Shown: one piece after another, positions 1 through 13,607 of the stretch
How the letters are laid out: the number at the start of each line of letters is the position of its first letter
Numbering within the stretch: position 1 is the stretch's first letter
Origin: Mobula hypostoma
Taxonomy: Eukaryota
Assembly (NCBI RefSeq): GCF_963921235.1
Contig: NC_086097.1
Span: 83,020,001-83,084,000, forward strand
DNA length: 64,000 nucleotides
Direction: 5' to 3'
Notes under the pieces: model-generated
What the model saw: only the letters and a program-made list of their open reading frames with translations
Told to the model about the DNA's origin: nothing
Databases searched by the model: none
Translations under genes and position numbers: made by a program

Positions 1-258
1 GCACCAGATACAGTAGATGACCCCAACAGACTCACAAGAGAAGTGTCACCTCACCTGGAAGGACTGTTTAGGGCCCTGCATGGTAGTGAGGGAGGAGGTG
101 TAGCACTTGTTCCGTTTGCAAGGATAAGTGGCAGGAGGGAGATCAGTGGCTAAGGGATGAATGGACAAGGGAGGTGCATAGGGAGCAATCGCTGCAAAAG
201 CGGAAAGTGGGAGTGGGAAAAATGTGCTTAGTGGTGGGATCCTCTTGGAGATGGCCTT
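1..258 (-). mobile_element. Penelope-like element fragment (linker/GIY-YIG region), cut by window edge
   Basis: Minus-strand peptide TDLPPATYPCKRNKCYT..SSLTTMQGPKQSFQVR closely matches the Penelope copy at 52083-52856 in this window. Confidence 0.85.
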
Positions 259-424
259 CATCCACTGGAAATGGTTCTTCAACCAAATTCCTTAGTGGAT
301 GTGATGAGGAATTAAAAAATTTTTGCCAAATGTTAGCCCCAAGGTTCCCCTCACCTGACGTACAAACTCCTGGTATTTCCACTCAAGATTCCAATTTTTT
401 CTCAAGTTAGTAGTTGCTACCTTC

Positions 425-700
425 TCAGTTGGTAGCGTTCTGAGGGAAGCTGAACTGTTACAGGAGCTGACTTTAAAACACAGCCATATCTGGTCTCTCA
501 GGTGAGCATAAAATCCAATGGAGCTATTTTAAAAGAGAATAGGCATATTTGTTTCCGGCAACCCACTAATTATTCTTCAGCTAATGCTATTAAACCAGTC
601 ATCAGTATTTTTATGTTACTGTGGAGTTTAAATATTAGTTCTCACAAATACGTTATAGGATACAAAGTACATTGGGATGTATTGACTCCATAAAGATGTT
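425..700 (+). mobile_element. Old Deu-domain-type SINE relic (SacSINE1/AmnSINE1-like)
   Basis: Resembles the Deu SINE body as recalled (ctctcaggtg...aaaatccaatggagctatttt...); heavily diverged. Confidence 0.4.
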
Positions 701-760
701 GAACATCATTAATTCCCAGGTCAGGACTTTACCATTGTTTCTCCGTATCTAACTATCTGA

Positions 761-828
761 TAGTCATAGTCATAGTCATAGTCATACTTTATTGATTCCA
801 AGGGAAATTGGTTTTCGTTACAGTTGCA
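761..828 (-). mobile_element. Extreme 3' end of a LINE (Rex1/Babar-type) with (CTATGA)n tail
   Basis: Minus strand reads aatcaataaagtatgactatgactatgacta; the same end occurs on the plus strand at ~24678-24722. Confidence 0.6.
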
Positions 829-3427
829 AGAAAAGTAAGAAAACTATACGGAGTAACTGTAACAGGCTGCATGCATGACCGGCGCATGCGCACATAAAAC
901 GACCAGTCCAGCAATTAGTTGTAATGAATATCAGACACTGTTATCTCCCACGTTCTCTCCTTTCAGCAAAAAAGTACTTGAAACACCAACAGACCGATTT
1001 ACTCATTGCACAAGGAAATTGCAAAAGATGTTCCTGAGAACTTTATTTCACTTTTGACTCTGTTACAAATGCTATAGATATTACAGGATTTCAAGCAATT
1101 CATGCATTTAACAAGTACAGCCAGAGAGAAAGAAGTAAGGATTTGATGATGGAACTGGATGAAGAAGGAAGGGAAGAAGCTGATTTGAAATATCAACAGT
1201 TCTATAATGTGCTGGGATAAATGGTTTTATATATTACATCTGCTGCTCCCCTTTGTGCACCCTACTTTTTTTGCATCCTCAAAGAATTCTTGCAAATTTG
1301 ACAAAAGGTGGCTTGCTTTTCACTAAACTCTGCTTGATTGCCCTATGGCTTTCCAAACACCCGGCCATTACTTCCATAATAATGGATTCCAGCAATTCAC
1401 AGTCATATATTTTAGGTTGATTGCCCAAAATATACCATAGGCTCAAATATGTTTTCTGCTTTCTGCCTCTCCTTTCCTGAACTGACCTGTCGTTTATCTG
1501 ATTACTGTTTATGGGATATGGTCAGCCAAAAGAATGACTGCTATATTTAAGTTATGCTTAAGAGAAAAAATGCTTTAAAAGCATGCTGCTGGGTAAATTA
1601 TTTTCGGTAGGGTATTAGGACGTTGGGTATTATGTAAACAAAATACTTATGAATGATCTGTGATGATTGAGTCCATTTTTTCATCCTTTTGAGGAAACAA
1701 TTTGCTCATTTAGGTAAAACAAAATCTCCAACTACTGAGTGAAAAGGATTATACCACAGCAACAGTAAGTGAGTAGTTGTAGATGATCTGCACTTTGATG
1801 GAGAACTGAATCTAACAGACATATTATTTCCCATACAACATGAATGTACAAGTAATTAGCTGATATATAACTAAAATCTCTAGGTATGAGAAGCCATCAT
1901 GAAAATACAGGCAAAATGTTCTACTTTTTATCAGAATGTGGAATTTGCATAGTTGTTTTCTCAGCAGAATATTGCAAAACTGGTTTGGCAGTAACAGCAC
2001 AACACATGTAGTGAGTCTTTTTGACCCTTAAGACTGACTTACAATATCTACATATTATCACTGACAATGTATTGATGTTTTTAGAGGGCAATATTAGGGC
2101 AGAAATCAGTTTTAAAATTCATAATTTTCTTGAACTGTATACAGAAAAAATTTTATTATGTGAAATTTATTATTAAAAACTCTGGTGACATTAAATATTA
2201 ATCACAATTTAAGCATGCATGTACTAAATATTATTTCAGAACAGTGATTATTTTGAGTGCACAGGATGAAACTAGAATGTTTAATTTATGATCATTATTT
2301 CATTGAGTCAGTAATTTGCATAATGGAAGTAATTGATTATCATGTCAATGGTTTGTCACATTAGAAAACCAGCGGGTGTTTTGTTGCTTAAGGTAATCAA
2401 TAAGATGGAAATGGACCGGCAAGTCTTACTGAAAGAAAACATCGTGTTTTTGTGGGAATGCCCAATGAAGAATAATTTAGTGATTACGCTAACACCTCAT
2501 TTAACCGAGTGCCTAATGAAATGGACAGAAACCCAAGTGTAATGTGTTTGCCTTGGGCTTCTTGGACTGGAAGGGGATATAAAATAGTTCCTAGTGATAT
2601 TCTTTGTTTCTGCAAACTCAGCCAAACCCACTGATAGTGACCTCTCTGCAGCCAACATTCCCTAGCAACAAGCTTATAATACCACTCAACCAGATGAATT
2701 GGATGGGTCACGTCAACTGCATGCCCGAGGTCAGGTGGTTGATTCTGAGCTCTTTCCATGGCGACCAGTTCCCAGGAGGAAGAGAAAAATATATATGAAG
2801 GATTTTCTCAAAATCCCCTTCAAAATAGCTATCATTTGCAACAACTGCAGGAAATCTGTGGCCCAATGCCCAGAAAACTGTTGGAGCATCAAATGGGAAG
2901 GCATTGGGCACATAGTTTCTCCATCAGGAGCCAACAGTGGAAATACACAACATTCCAATCAACCCACCCTCCTGTCGCATCAAGTTCCACACACCCGACT
3001 GTGTAAATATCTGCATAGAACTCATCCAAACTCACCGTGCTACAATTGTCAACCCCAAGGGACTGCCTGGAGAAGCTACTTTTTCAAAATAAAATCAAGT
3101 ATATATATTTCACATTACTAGTTCACCCATATGGAACTGATTTTCCACATGTCATAATTAACATATGTTTTGAATAAGTGTTTGCACACCCTACAGCTCA
3201 ATTAGTTCCAATTAGTGGTAACTACCTTAACTTAAAACAAAGTATCCCATTGAAAGGCTATGAAAGCCTTTGAGGAACACAGTGTGCACAGACACACAAT
3301 AAAATTGGTTTGAGGGATTAGGTTTCTCAGAAGAGTGTATACTTAGACATATTTCCAATCATGTAATGTGTTTCACATCTTTTTCAGAAAATCCCTAAGC
3401 AGTTTACAATTTATTAAGGACTTGTGA

Positions 3428-3690
3428 AATGCAGTTACTTTTGTAATTTAGGAAATGCATGTCTGTAAGCAAGCAGAAGCTCCCCACAAACCACAATTTA
3501 ATAATGGCCAGACTTTCTTCCAATAAAGAAACGAGGGATAGATGTTGTCTATGACAGGATAAATAACTGTTCTACACTTCCTCAAATACTGCAAAAGGAT
3601 CCATCACGTTCATCTCAGAGCAGGTGGGGACTATGTTTTAATATCACATTCAGTAGATAACAACACCCACACACATCACTCTCCCAATTC
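3428..3690 (-). mobile_element. Deu-type SINE relic, interrupted by the Rex1/Babar insertion (resumes ~6315-6345)
   Basis: Similarity to the Deu SINE body as recalled (gtaatttaggaaatgca...cccacaaac...ataatggccaga); the matching continuation lies beyond the LINE. Confidence 0.45.
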
Positions 3691-4180
3691 AGAATCAGGT
3701 TTATTATCACCAGCATGTGATGTGAAATTTGTTAACTTAGCAGCAGCAGTTCAATGCAATACATAATCTAGCAGAGAAAAAAAATATAAAAAATAAATAA
3801 ACAAGTAAATCAATTATGTATATTGAATAGATTAAAAGAATGTGCAAAAACAGAAATACTGTATATTTTTTAAAAAAGTGAGGTAGTGTCCAAAGATTCA
3901 ATGTTGATTTAAGAATCAGATGACAGAGTGGAAGAAGCTGTTCCTGAATCGCTGAGTGTGTGGCTTTAGGCTTCTGTACCTCCTACCTGATGGTAACAGT
4001 GAGAAAAGGGCATGTCCTGGGTGCTGGAGGTCCTTAATAATGGATGCTGCCTTTCTGAGACGCCGCTCCCTAAAAATGTCCTGGGTCCTGGGTACATTGT
4101 GGGTTAGTACCCAAGATGGAGCTGACTAGATCTACAACCTTCTTCAGCTTCTTTCAGTCCTGTGCAGTAGCCCCTCCATA

Positions 4181-5266
4181 TCAGACAGTGATGCAGCCTG
4201 TCAGAATGCTCTCCATGGGAAAACCATAGAAGCTTTTGAGTTTATTTGTTGACATGCCAAATCTCTTCAAACTCCTAATAAAGTATAGCTGCTGTCTTGC
4301 CTTCATTATAACTACGTCAATATGTTGGGACCAGGTTAGATCCTCAGAGATATTGACACCCAGGACCTTGAAACTGCTCACTCTCTCCACTTCTGATCTC
4401 TCTATGAGGATTGGAATGTGTTCCTTCGTCTTGCCCTTCCTGATGTCCACAATCAGCTCTTTCATCTTACTGACATTGAGTGCCAGGTTGTTGCTGCGGC
4501 ACCACTCCACTAGTTGGCATATCTCACTCCTGTACGCCCTCTCGTCACCACCTGAGATTCTACCAGCAATAGTTGTATTGTCAGCAAATTTATAGATGGT
4601 ATTTGAGCTATGCCTAGCCACACAGTCATGTGTGTATAGAGAGTAGAGCAGTGGGCTAAGCACACACCCCTGAGGTGCGCCAGTGTTGATCGTCAGCGAG
4701 GAGGATACGTTATCACCAGTCCGCACAGATTGTGATCTTCTGGTTAGGAAGTAGAGGATCCAATTGCAGAGGGAGGTACAGAGGCCCAGGTTCTGCAACT
4801 TCCCAATCAGGATTGTGGAAATGATGGTCTTAAACGCTGAGCTATAGTCGATGAACAACATCCTGGCATAGGTGTTTGTGTTGTCCAGATGGTCTAAAGC
4901 CGTGTGGAGAGCCATTGAGATTGCATCTGCCGTTGACCTATCATGGCGAAAGGCAAATTGCAATGGATCCAGGTCCTTGCTGAGGCAGGAGTTCAGTCTA
5001 GCCATGACCAACCTCTCAAAGCATTTCATCACTGTCGATGTGAGTGCTACCAGGCGATAGTCATTAAGGCAGCCCACATTATTCTTCTTAGGCACTGGTA
5101 TAATTGTTACCTTTTTGAAGCAAGTGGGAACTTCTGCCCGTAGCAGTGAGAGGTTGAAAATGTCCTTGAATACTCCCACTAGTTGGTTGGCACAGGTCTT
5201 CAGAGCCTTACCAGGTACTCCATCAGGACCTTCCACCTTGTGAGGATTCACTCTCTTTAAAGACAT
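4181..5266 (-). pseudogene. Rex1/Babar ORF2 reverse transcriptase domain (catalytic FADD read as FADN)
   Basis: Motifs [55 protein letters not shown]. Confidence 0.9.
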
Positions 5267-5658
5267 CCAATATCAGCCTCTGAGACTGAGATCACAGGAT
5301 CATCAGATGCAGCAGGGATCTTCACAGCTGTAGTTATATTCTCCCTTTCAAAGCGTGCATAGAAGGCGTTGAGTTCATCTAGTAGTGAAACATTGCTGCC
5401 AGTCAAGCTATTGGGTTTCACTTTGTAGGAAGTAATGTCTTGCAAACCCTGCCAGAGTTGCTGTGCACCCGACGTCACCTCCAACCTCATTCGAAGTTGT
5501 CTCTTCGCCCTTGAAATAGCCCTCCGCAAATCATACCTGGTTTTCTAGTACAGGCCTGGGTCACCAGACTTGAATGCCACAGATATAGCCTTCAGCAGAT
5601 GACATGCCTCCTGGTTCATCCATGGCTTTTGGTTTGGGATCCAGTCTACCGATTCAAA

Positions 5659-6165
5659 TCAGTCCTGCAGGTGCTCCTGTGCTTCACTTGTCCATACCTT
5701 CTTGGTCCTCACTACCGGTGCTGCAGTCTTCAGTCTCTGCCTATACTCAGGGAGTAGAAGTACAGCCAGGTGATCAGACTTCCCGAAGTGAGGGCGTGGA
5801 ATAGCACTGTAGGCATTCTTGATGGTGGTGTAGCAATGGTCCAGTGTGTTGTTTCCTCTGGTATTGCAAGTGACCTGTTGATGGTAGTTGCTTAGAGATT
5901 TTTTCAGACTGGCCTGGTTAAAATCTCCCAAAACGATGGTGAAGGCATTAGGGTGCGCTGTTTCGGGCATGCTGATCCTATTGCTCAGATCATCTAGAGC
6001 CTGCTTGACATTGGCATGAGGTGGAATGCAAACTGCTACCAAAATGACCCCAGAGAACTCCCGTGGTACGTAAAAAGGACGGCACTTAACTGCTGGATAT
6101 TCCAGGTCTGGTGAGCAGAATTGGGACAGCACTTGTATATTTGTGCACCTAGAAGAGTTGATCAT
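5659..6165 (-). pseudogene. Rex1/Babar ORF2 apurinic-like endonuclease fragment
   Basis: Motifs IVLGDFN, TRGNNTLDHCY, GKSDHLAV. Confidence 0.85.
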
Positions 6166-6879
6166 GAGGCATACTCCTCCACCTCTGCTTTCAAGAGACC
6201 CTATAGATCTATCCTGACAGTGTATAGTAAACCCGTCGATCTGAATCGCTGCATCTGGTATAGAAGGGGTTAACCAGGATTCCAGGAAACAAAGGACACA
6301 CGTGGTCCCAATTCCACTCTAAAGCATCAGATCAGATTCTTAACCCGGAATTTGTTCTAAGAATTCTGCCGATTAAACTACAGCTGTGAGATTTTTTTTC
6401 TTCTCTGATATTGTACCTTATATAAACTGAATAAAAAATTTAGTAGGTTAATTCCACAAAAAATTGTGAGATTGTGCTATGTGCTTAGGTGTATCCAGCA
6501 TATTATTAATCCACATTTCATACATGTCCATCCTACACCAGCCTAATCAACAGTAACATGAAGAATAAATACAGGAGACATAATCTCCAGCCAAGCTGCT
6601 AAGTCTATGTCTATGGACACTAAGTCAGATTCTTCACTGCACTCATGTGGAGAAGTGAGCCACTCAATTCATGATGCTGGTCGGAAGAGGCAGTTCATAC
6701 TCCTAAAATGAGCTGTTAGTCGAAGCGGTCAAGAAAATCCAAAACAAAATTTGGAAAAGGAGCTCTTTCTTTCTGGGTCTAGTTTTTTAAACCGGCATTC
6801 TAAAATTCATTTGAGACTTTGGCTGAGCTGAGCCTAATTACAGTGGGTATATCTGGCTGAGTATTGAGCACTGGTGCTA

Positions 6880-8670
6880 ATCAACTGGCTGGAATGTTCC
6901 CTGATACCTTTCACCTCTCCCTTCAGTAGTCTAATGTACCCACCCACTCCGTAAGGCTTCAATTGTACTGGTGCCTAAGAAGAACATGGTAACCTGCCTC
7001 AGTGGTTAGCACCCAGTTGCACTTACATCCACTGTAAAGTGCTTTGAGAGTTAGTGATGAAACAGATCAACTCCTGCCTGAGGGATGACTTGGGTCTGCT
7101 TCAATTTGCCTACCGCCACAACAGGTCCACAGCAGTTGCCATTTCATTGGCTCTACACTCAACCCAGGAACACTTGGGCAGTGAAGATGCATACATTAGA
7201 ATGCTCTTCATTGACTACAGCTTTGTGTTCAACACTATCATCCCCTCAAAACTCATCAATAGATTCCAAGACCTGGGCCTCAGTGCCTCCTTGTGTAACT
7301 GGATCCTTGATTTCCTCAATTGCAGACCCCAGTCAGTTCGAATTGGCAGCAATATCTCTTCCACTATCACCATCAGCACAGGTGCATCACAGGCCTGTGT
7401 GCTTAGCCCCCTGCTTCACACACTTTACACCTAGGAACATGAGCCTACATTCAGCTCCAATGCCATATTTGGGTTTGTTGATGATGCCACTGTCAATGGT
7501 CAAATTAAAGATAGTGACAACACAGTTTAGCATATAGGAGGGAAATTGAAAATCTGCCTGAATATGCCACAACAACAACCTCTCACTTAATGTCAACACA
7601 ACCAAAGAGCTGATTATTTAGTACAGGTGGAGAAAACTGGAGGTCCATGAGCCAGTTATCATTAGGGGATCAAAAATGGTAAAGGTCAGCAACTTTAAAG
7701 TGCTCGGTGCCCTCATTCCAGAGGTCTGTCCTGGAGTCAGCACACAAGTGCCATTACAAACACAAGCTTGCAAAGATTTGGCAGGCAATCTAAAACTTTG
7801 ACGGTGGTGAGTATACTGACTTGGTGTATCAAGGCCTGGTATGGAAACACCAATGCCCTTGAATGGAAATGCCTACAAAAAGTAGTGATTACAGTCCAGT
7901 GCATCACCTATCAAATATTGAAAAGCTTAGATAGAGTGGATGTGGTGAGGGTGTTTTCTACAGTGGGTGAGTCTAGGACCGGAGGTCACAGCCTCAGAAT
8001 AGAGGGATGTCCATTTAGAACAGAGTGAGGAGGAATGTCATTAGCCAGAGGGTGGTGAGTCTGTGCAGGCCAAGTCATTAAATACATTTAAAGTGGAGGT
8101 TGATAGATTCTTGATTAGTCAGGGTAACAAAAGTTACTGTGAGAGGGCAGAATGGGGTTGAGAGGGATAATAAATCAGCCATGATGGAATGGTGGAATAG
8201 ACTCAATGGGCTGAACGACCTACTTCTGCTCCTATGTCTTATGATCACGAGGAGTGCTGTTGCAGGAAAGCAGCATCCAGGCCATGCTCTCTTCTTGCTG
8301 CTGCCATCAGGAAGGAGGTACAGGAGCCTCAAACCCACACTACCAGGTCAGGAGCAGTTATTATCCCTCAAGCATTAGGCTCCTGAACCAGAGTGGATAA
8401 GTTCACTCAACCCAACATTGAACTGATTCCACAACCTATAGATTCTCTTTCAAACACTCTACAACTCATGTTTTCAATACTTATTTATTTATTTTTTTCT
8501 TTATTGTATTTGCATAATTTGTTAACCTTTGCACATTGGTTGTTTGTCTGTCTTTGTTACGTGTTGTTCTTCGTTGATTATATTGTGTTTCTTTGCACTT
8601 ACTATGAATGCCCGCAAGAAAATGAACCTCAGGGTAGTACGTGGTGACATACATGTACTTTGATAATAAT
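6880..8670 (+). mobile_element. Decayed Rex1/Babar LINE fragment with a nested CR1 3' piece
   Basis: ORF 7054-7434 (LQFAYRHNRST, LFIDYS, GASQACVLSPLL); Rex-type 3' UTR resumes at ~8249 and ends near tgataataat. Confidence 0.85.
7908..8243 (+). mobile_element. CR1 3' fragment nested in Rex1/Babar
   Basis: YQILKSLDRVDV..GESRTGGHSLRIEG matches the CR1 ORF2 C-terminus at 37425-38060; ends ctacttctgctcctatgtcttatg; atcac on both sides. Confidence 0.8.
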
Positions 8671-9074
8671 TTAAAAAGAAAATATTTGCTTCCATTCTCA
8701 GTATGTTGACTTGCTAATGGGATTCCAAGTGACAAGGGGCAGTGACTCCCCAAGCCACCAGGATCGGTCTGTGCGAGTCAGGAAGTCAAGGCCAGAGGTG
8801 CTCTGTGACCGAAGGTCAAAGATCCCACAGGTCCAGTCTCAAAGGTCAAACCCATGATCAGCGGTTGATACTCACAGGTCAGTGAAATCTGAAGGACAAA
8901 GCCAAAGGTCAAAGTCCAGACCTTGGAGAGACTGGAGATCGAAAGCCTGAAAGGTCAAAGACCAGATCTGGTGAGTCCAGAGGTAGAGGACAAATCCGAG
9001 TTAGAGCCTGGAGGTTGGAGGCCCAATGTCTGCTATCCTGGGAGTGGAGGATAGAGACTGGAAGCTGCGAGATT

Positions 9075-9333
9075 GACAGACTTTGATGTTGATGTTTTAA
9101 TTTGTTTTGTCCTGTTGTTGTTGTTGTTGGTGCCGGTGTTGTGTTATGTTGTGCTGTTGTTGTGTTAAACATTGTGGGCATGCTATGCTGTGCTGGAATG
9201 CGTGGTGACATGTGTGGGCTGCCCCCTGCGTATCCTTGGGTACGTTAGTTGTCAACATAAACAACGCATTTTACCATATGTTTCGATGTACATGTGACAA
9301 GTAAATAAATAAATCTGAATCTGAATCTGAATC
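9075..9333 (+). mobile_element. LINE-type 3' UTR with (TCTGAA)n tail
   Basis: T/G-rich UTR followed by aataaataaatctgaatctgaatctgaatc. Confidence 0.55.
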
Positions 9334-12300
9334 ACTTTACAATTTCTCCTTGAAACAAGCATTACATTGATTGTTGATTGCAGGTTAAGACAAGTTCTTT
9401 TGCATGACTTATGAAAGCAGAGAAGCAGATTTTAAATCAGAACAGTAAGGTGAGTTGGCTATCAGGTGACATTTGTTAAGAAGGAGTGAAAGAGCTCTGT
9501 TTTTGCCATTATCAGCCTCTTTGACTCCTTTTAGCCCATTATAGAATGTGTCCCAAATGACCTTCCCTGTGGTAGGTATTCCAATGGTATTGGGAAGCAA
9601 TGCTCAAACAAGGTATGCTTAAAAGTGAAAAACAAGGATATTGTCCCTTGACATTCATCCACAAAAAATGAGAAACTTGCCAGGTTTAAATTCCTGTGCA
9701 TACACCTGCATTCAAATGGAATACTGAGTACCTGCCATGCAGACATGGTTTCTGAGTACGATATTTTTCATTTGGGGGTAGTCCCATAGTATGCACGCAA
9801 GCTTCATTTCCATAATTAAATAAAATTGCTGCTTTGTGTAGAGTTCCATTTCTCTGATGCCTGATTATTGATTCGTGGTTCTTCCTCAATATTTCACAAA
9901 GAGGCAAGTGTTTCCGCTCAGAAACTACGGTGTTGGTTTTGTATCTTCAACATTAGTAAATACAGAACTGAATTAACTGAAATATTTTGTCTGTTTCTTG
10001 ACTGTTGTTTGTTATCGTTCATTGGTAGTGTAGTTCTCTGCACCTGCTGATACTCCAGCTTCTAGTTCATGAACACATTTTTCTTTAGGTGTAGAAAGTT
10101 CCTCAGAAAAAGCCTCATGTTTGCAACTAATTATGCAACTAATCTTTTTAGCAATATTTTCATCAAGAAGCCTTCGCTGCTGGAATCCATCGTTAACATA
10201 TCAATTTTGTACAAAAACCTCTTATAACCTAACCCCTGATCAGTCACCCAAAACATATATACCATGAAACCAGATGCTTTTGGTATGTGTCAGAAATTCA
10301 GGAATGCTAATGCAAGCTGTGAGGCTTTTAAGTGGCAGTCAAAAGCTGACAGTTGTATTAAAACTTAGACCAAAGTCTTGGGGTCATAATGAAAGAACTT
10401 ATGCAGAGAAGTGAGGAGGTGAGTACGTTAATCATAGTTTTTAAAATTACGTCATAAATAAACATGGAATGCACTTGCACAAATACATGCTGACATTGCT
10501 TTCTCCTGATAGGACATTCATTACGATATTTATGGTCCCATTCTTAGAAAGAACCTCAAATTAAAATAGCGTAATTTAACAGTCACTTTGTGACCAGCAC
10601 TTCACTACATGTGTTCTAGATCAGTATCAAAGCCTCTTTAAGAAGCCTATTCCCCTGTAAACAAAAAAAAATCTCCTATAAATGGGAGTCAAAGGACACT
10701 ATGAAGTTGACTTGTAATCATATCTGGAAGGCTTAGCTTCAATCTGAAGCTTTTAGTGAGCAGACTCTTGCAGCGTCATGCAGAGAGGTTGTGAGGGGGT
10801 AATTGCCTGTTTATTAAATTTTGGATTACCAGACTGTTCAGGGCCACAGAGGATCATAATGTTATATTCGCAACAATGCTGAAGTTGCAGAATTATTTAA
10901 TTGCCACCTTTGGACTTCCAAACCTCGTAAATGTAGATATGACAATTTTTATTTGTTTCAATGCAGTACTCATGAAATACTGAATTAAAGTATACTGGGT
11001 GTTCATGCACTGAGAATAATCACACCTCAATTTCTCAGTCCATTAAACCAAAAGACAAATTGCTTACTTAATGCTGAATCTGCTGATGCTGCCTTAGCAG
11101 CTTTTGCTGTTATTGCTAAGTGTGAATCCAGAGGTTGCAGTTTAATGCATGGGATGGAGAGAGGGGATAAACACAAACAATGGCAGAGCCGTGCCATGAG
11201 GAACGCCACAGTTGCTGTAAACTTGAAATAAAACAGAATTTTGGAACTAGCCAACAGGTCAAGCAATATGGAGATAAAAACAGTTAATGTTGGAGGTTGA
11301 TGACCTTTGATCCAAACTTGTCCAGTTATGTTACAAACTGGAAAAACTAGTTATCTGAAGTTGTCAAATTAAAATATCCCCTCTCCCTCCTTTCCTCATC
11401 CTCTCACCTTCTCTACAGTTTAAAATCAATTTGTTTTGTCTCTTCCTCAATTTTGATGCAGGATCTTCAGCCTGAAACATTTTTGTATTTTCACAGATGC
11501 TGAATGTTTTCTGGTTTTATTCAGGTTGATGGCAGTGGCACCTTTATTTTGATTTCACCTTTCTTTAAATTCTAAATTGATCTAGTTAATTTAATTCACC
11601 CACTGTTAAGGTGGGATTATACTTCCTATTTTGCTATTTTACATCCTGACCACTAAATCAGGTACCGAAATCCAAGTGCGCCTGATGCTATGTGCCTGTG
11701 ATACTACCGCGAGTAGGTTTTTCATTGCACCTGTGCATATGAGAATAAACTGAACTTCAGTGAAAAGACAAAGTCACCCTCATCAAGTTCTGATGAACAG
11801 TCTTCAGGCTGAAATATTGACTCTGTTTCTCTTCCCACAGATGCCACCTGACCCACTGAGTATTTCCAGCATTTTCTGTTTTTGTTTAAAGTAAATAAGG
11901 TGTTGCTGTATCCTGCCACGGTGCCACACACGGTGCTCCTTCTTCCAAGACTGTCACTCGGGATCGAGGAAAACTTGCTTTCACTTCAGTTCCCTAAATC
12001 CTGAAGTGTTTATGAATCCAAAGATTGTGTCATAGGTGGGGCAGGTAGTATGGGAGATAGTACACATTTTCTGCCATTTTTCCTCAATTCTGCATACGCA
12101 AGGTTCTGCAGTAAATCTTTAATTTTATTTTGAAGCTATCAAATTAAACTGTAGTTTTGTCTCTCTTTCCAGCAAGCATGTTTCATAATTAACAGTGTGG
12201 ATAATGCAGATCAGATTAAAATGTTAGCCCTAATCAGCAAATATATTTTGATAACCTCAGGACATTTCCTCTATGAGATGATGGACTTGTATGTTTTTGC

Positions 12301-12925
12301 TTTTGCTTTTAATATCAATGGAGAGAAAGGGAAGGCCAATTTATTCTTTATGATAACGTTTCCTTCACTTACAATCAACTTTACAAATTCTGCTGAGACA
12401 TGAAAAATGTATATCTTGGAAAACACACCATAGTGCCACTGAAACACAGTGGACTAAATCATATCCAAGGTAGATTAAGGGGGACTCTTGTTCTTTCAGG
12501 AGGCTGAGAGTCTTTTGAACTCTTTGTCAAAAGGCCATAGAAGCAGAGTCTTGGAATACTTCCGAGGCAGCGAAAGAGAGATGAATGCTTGATAAACAAA
12601 GGACATGGAAGATTACTGTAGGTTTGAGGAATACAGTTTTATAATCAGTTTTAATCAGTGGTGGAGCTGGCTTTAAGAGACATGTAAAGTAGGAAGAATG
12701 TTTCCATGGTGGGGGGGTGGGGGTAATCCAAGATCAGAGGTTACAGCCTCAGGATGTAGGATTTGGATTGCAATGAGGTGAAATTTCTTCACTCAAAGAT
12801 GGCAAAATTGTGCAATTGTTAAGCCATAATCAATTAATTTATTCAAAGGAGAGTTAGGTGCTATTATAAAGGATAAGAAGATTTACGGTTATGAGAAATA
12901 AAAACAGGAAAAATGATTTTGCACT

Positions 12926-13607
12926 ATTAGATTAGATTATGAGGACACGCAGTTCTCTTTTATTGTCATTTAGTAATGCATGCATTAAGAAATGATACAA
13001 TGCTCCTCCAGTGTGATATCACAGAAACACAAGACAGACCAAGAATGAAAAACTGACAAAAAACGCATAATTATAACGTATAGTTACAACAGGGCAAGCA
13101 ATACTGTAATTTGATGAAGAACAGACCATGGGCATGGTAAAAAATGTCTCAAAGTCTCTCGAAAGTCCCTACATCTCACGCAGGCAGTAGAAGGAAGAAA
13201 ACTCTCCCTGTCATGAGCTTCCAGTGCTGCAAACTTGCTGATGCAGCATCCTGGAAGCACCCAACCACAGTCCGACACTCAGTCCGTCCGAAAACTTCGA
13301 GCCTCCGACCAGCCTTCCGACACCAAGCACCGAGCACCATCTCTGCCGAGCGCTTCGACCCCAGCTCCAGCCGCCAGCAACAGGCAAAGCCGAGGATTTG
13401 AGGCCTTCCCCTCCAGTGATTCTCGATCGCACAGTAGCAGTGGCAGCGAACCGGGCATTTCAGAAGTTTCTCCAGATGTTCCTCCGTGCTTCTCACGTCT
13501 GTCTCCATCAAATCAGGATTGTGCATGGCCCCTATTTAACAGATACGATATCATTTCACCGGAGAGACCGCGTGCGCTGCGTTGCGCCGCCATCTTCTCC
13601 TCCCTCC
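12926..13607 (-). mobile_element. Non-autonomous, non-coding LINE-derived element with (TAATC)n tail, inserted in an old CR1 3' end
   Basis: Minus-strand 5' end ggagggaggagaagatggcggc; 3' end gacaataaaagag...cataatctaatctaat; CpG-rich body; CR1-like 3' UTR on both flanks. Confidence 0.7.

Larger units (their letters stand above)
3691..6305 (-). mobile_element. 5'-truncated Rex1/Babar-type LINE
   Basis: APE endonuclease and RT ORF pieces; 3' end aataaacctgattctga; flanking 9-bp direct repeat tcccaattc at 3682-3690 and 6306-6314. Confidence 0.9.

Noticed and set aside
883..892. GCGCATGCGC NRF1-type motif
   Set aside because: Isolated 10-mer with no CpG island or other promoter evidence
2699..3121. 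140-aa ORF as a possible host exon
   Set aside because: No recognisable protein motif, splice context or neighbouring exons
8760..9060. Recurrent aaggtcaaa-like words suggesting a spaced repeat array
   Set aside because: Units are irregular and degenerate; more likely the body of an old non-autonomous element upstream of the 9075-9333 tail; not CRISPR-like
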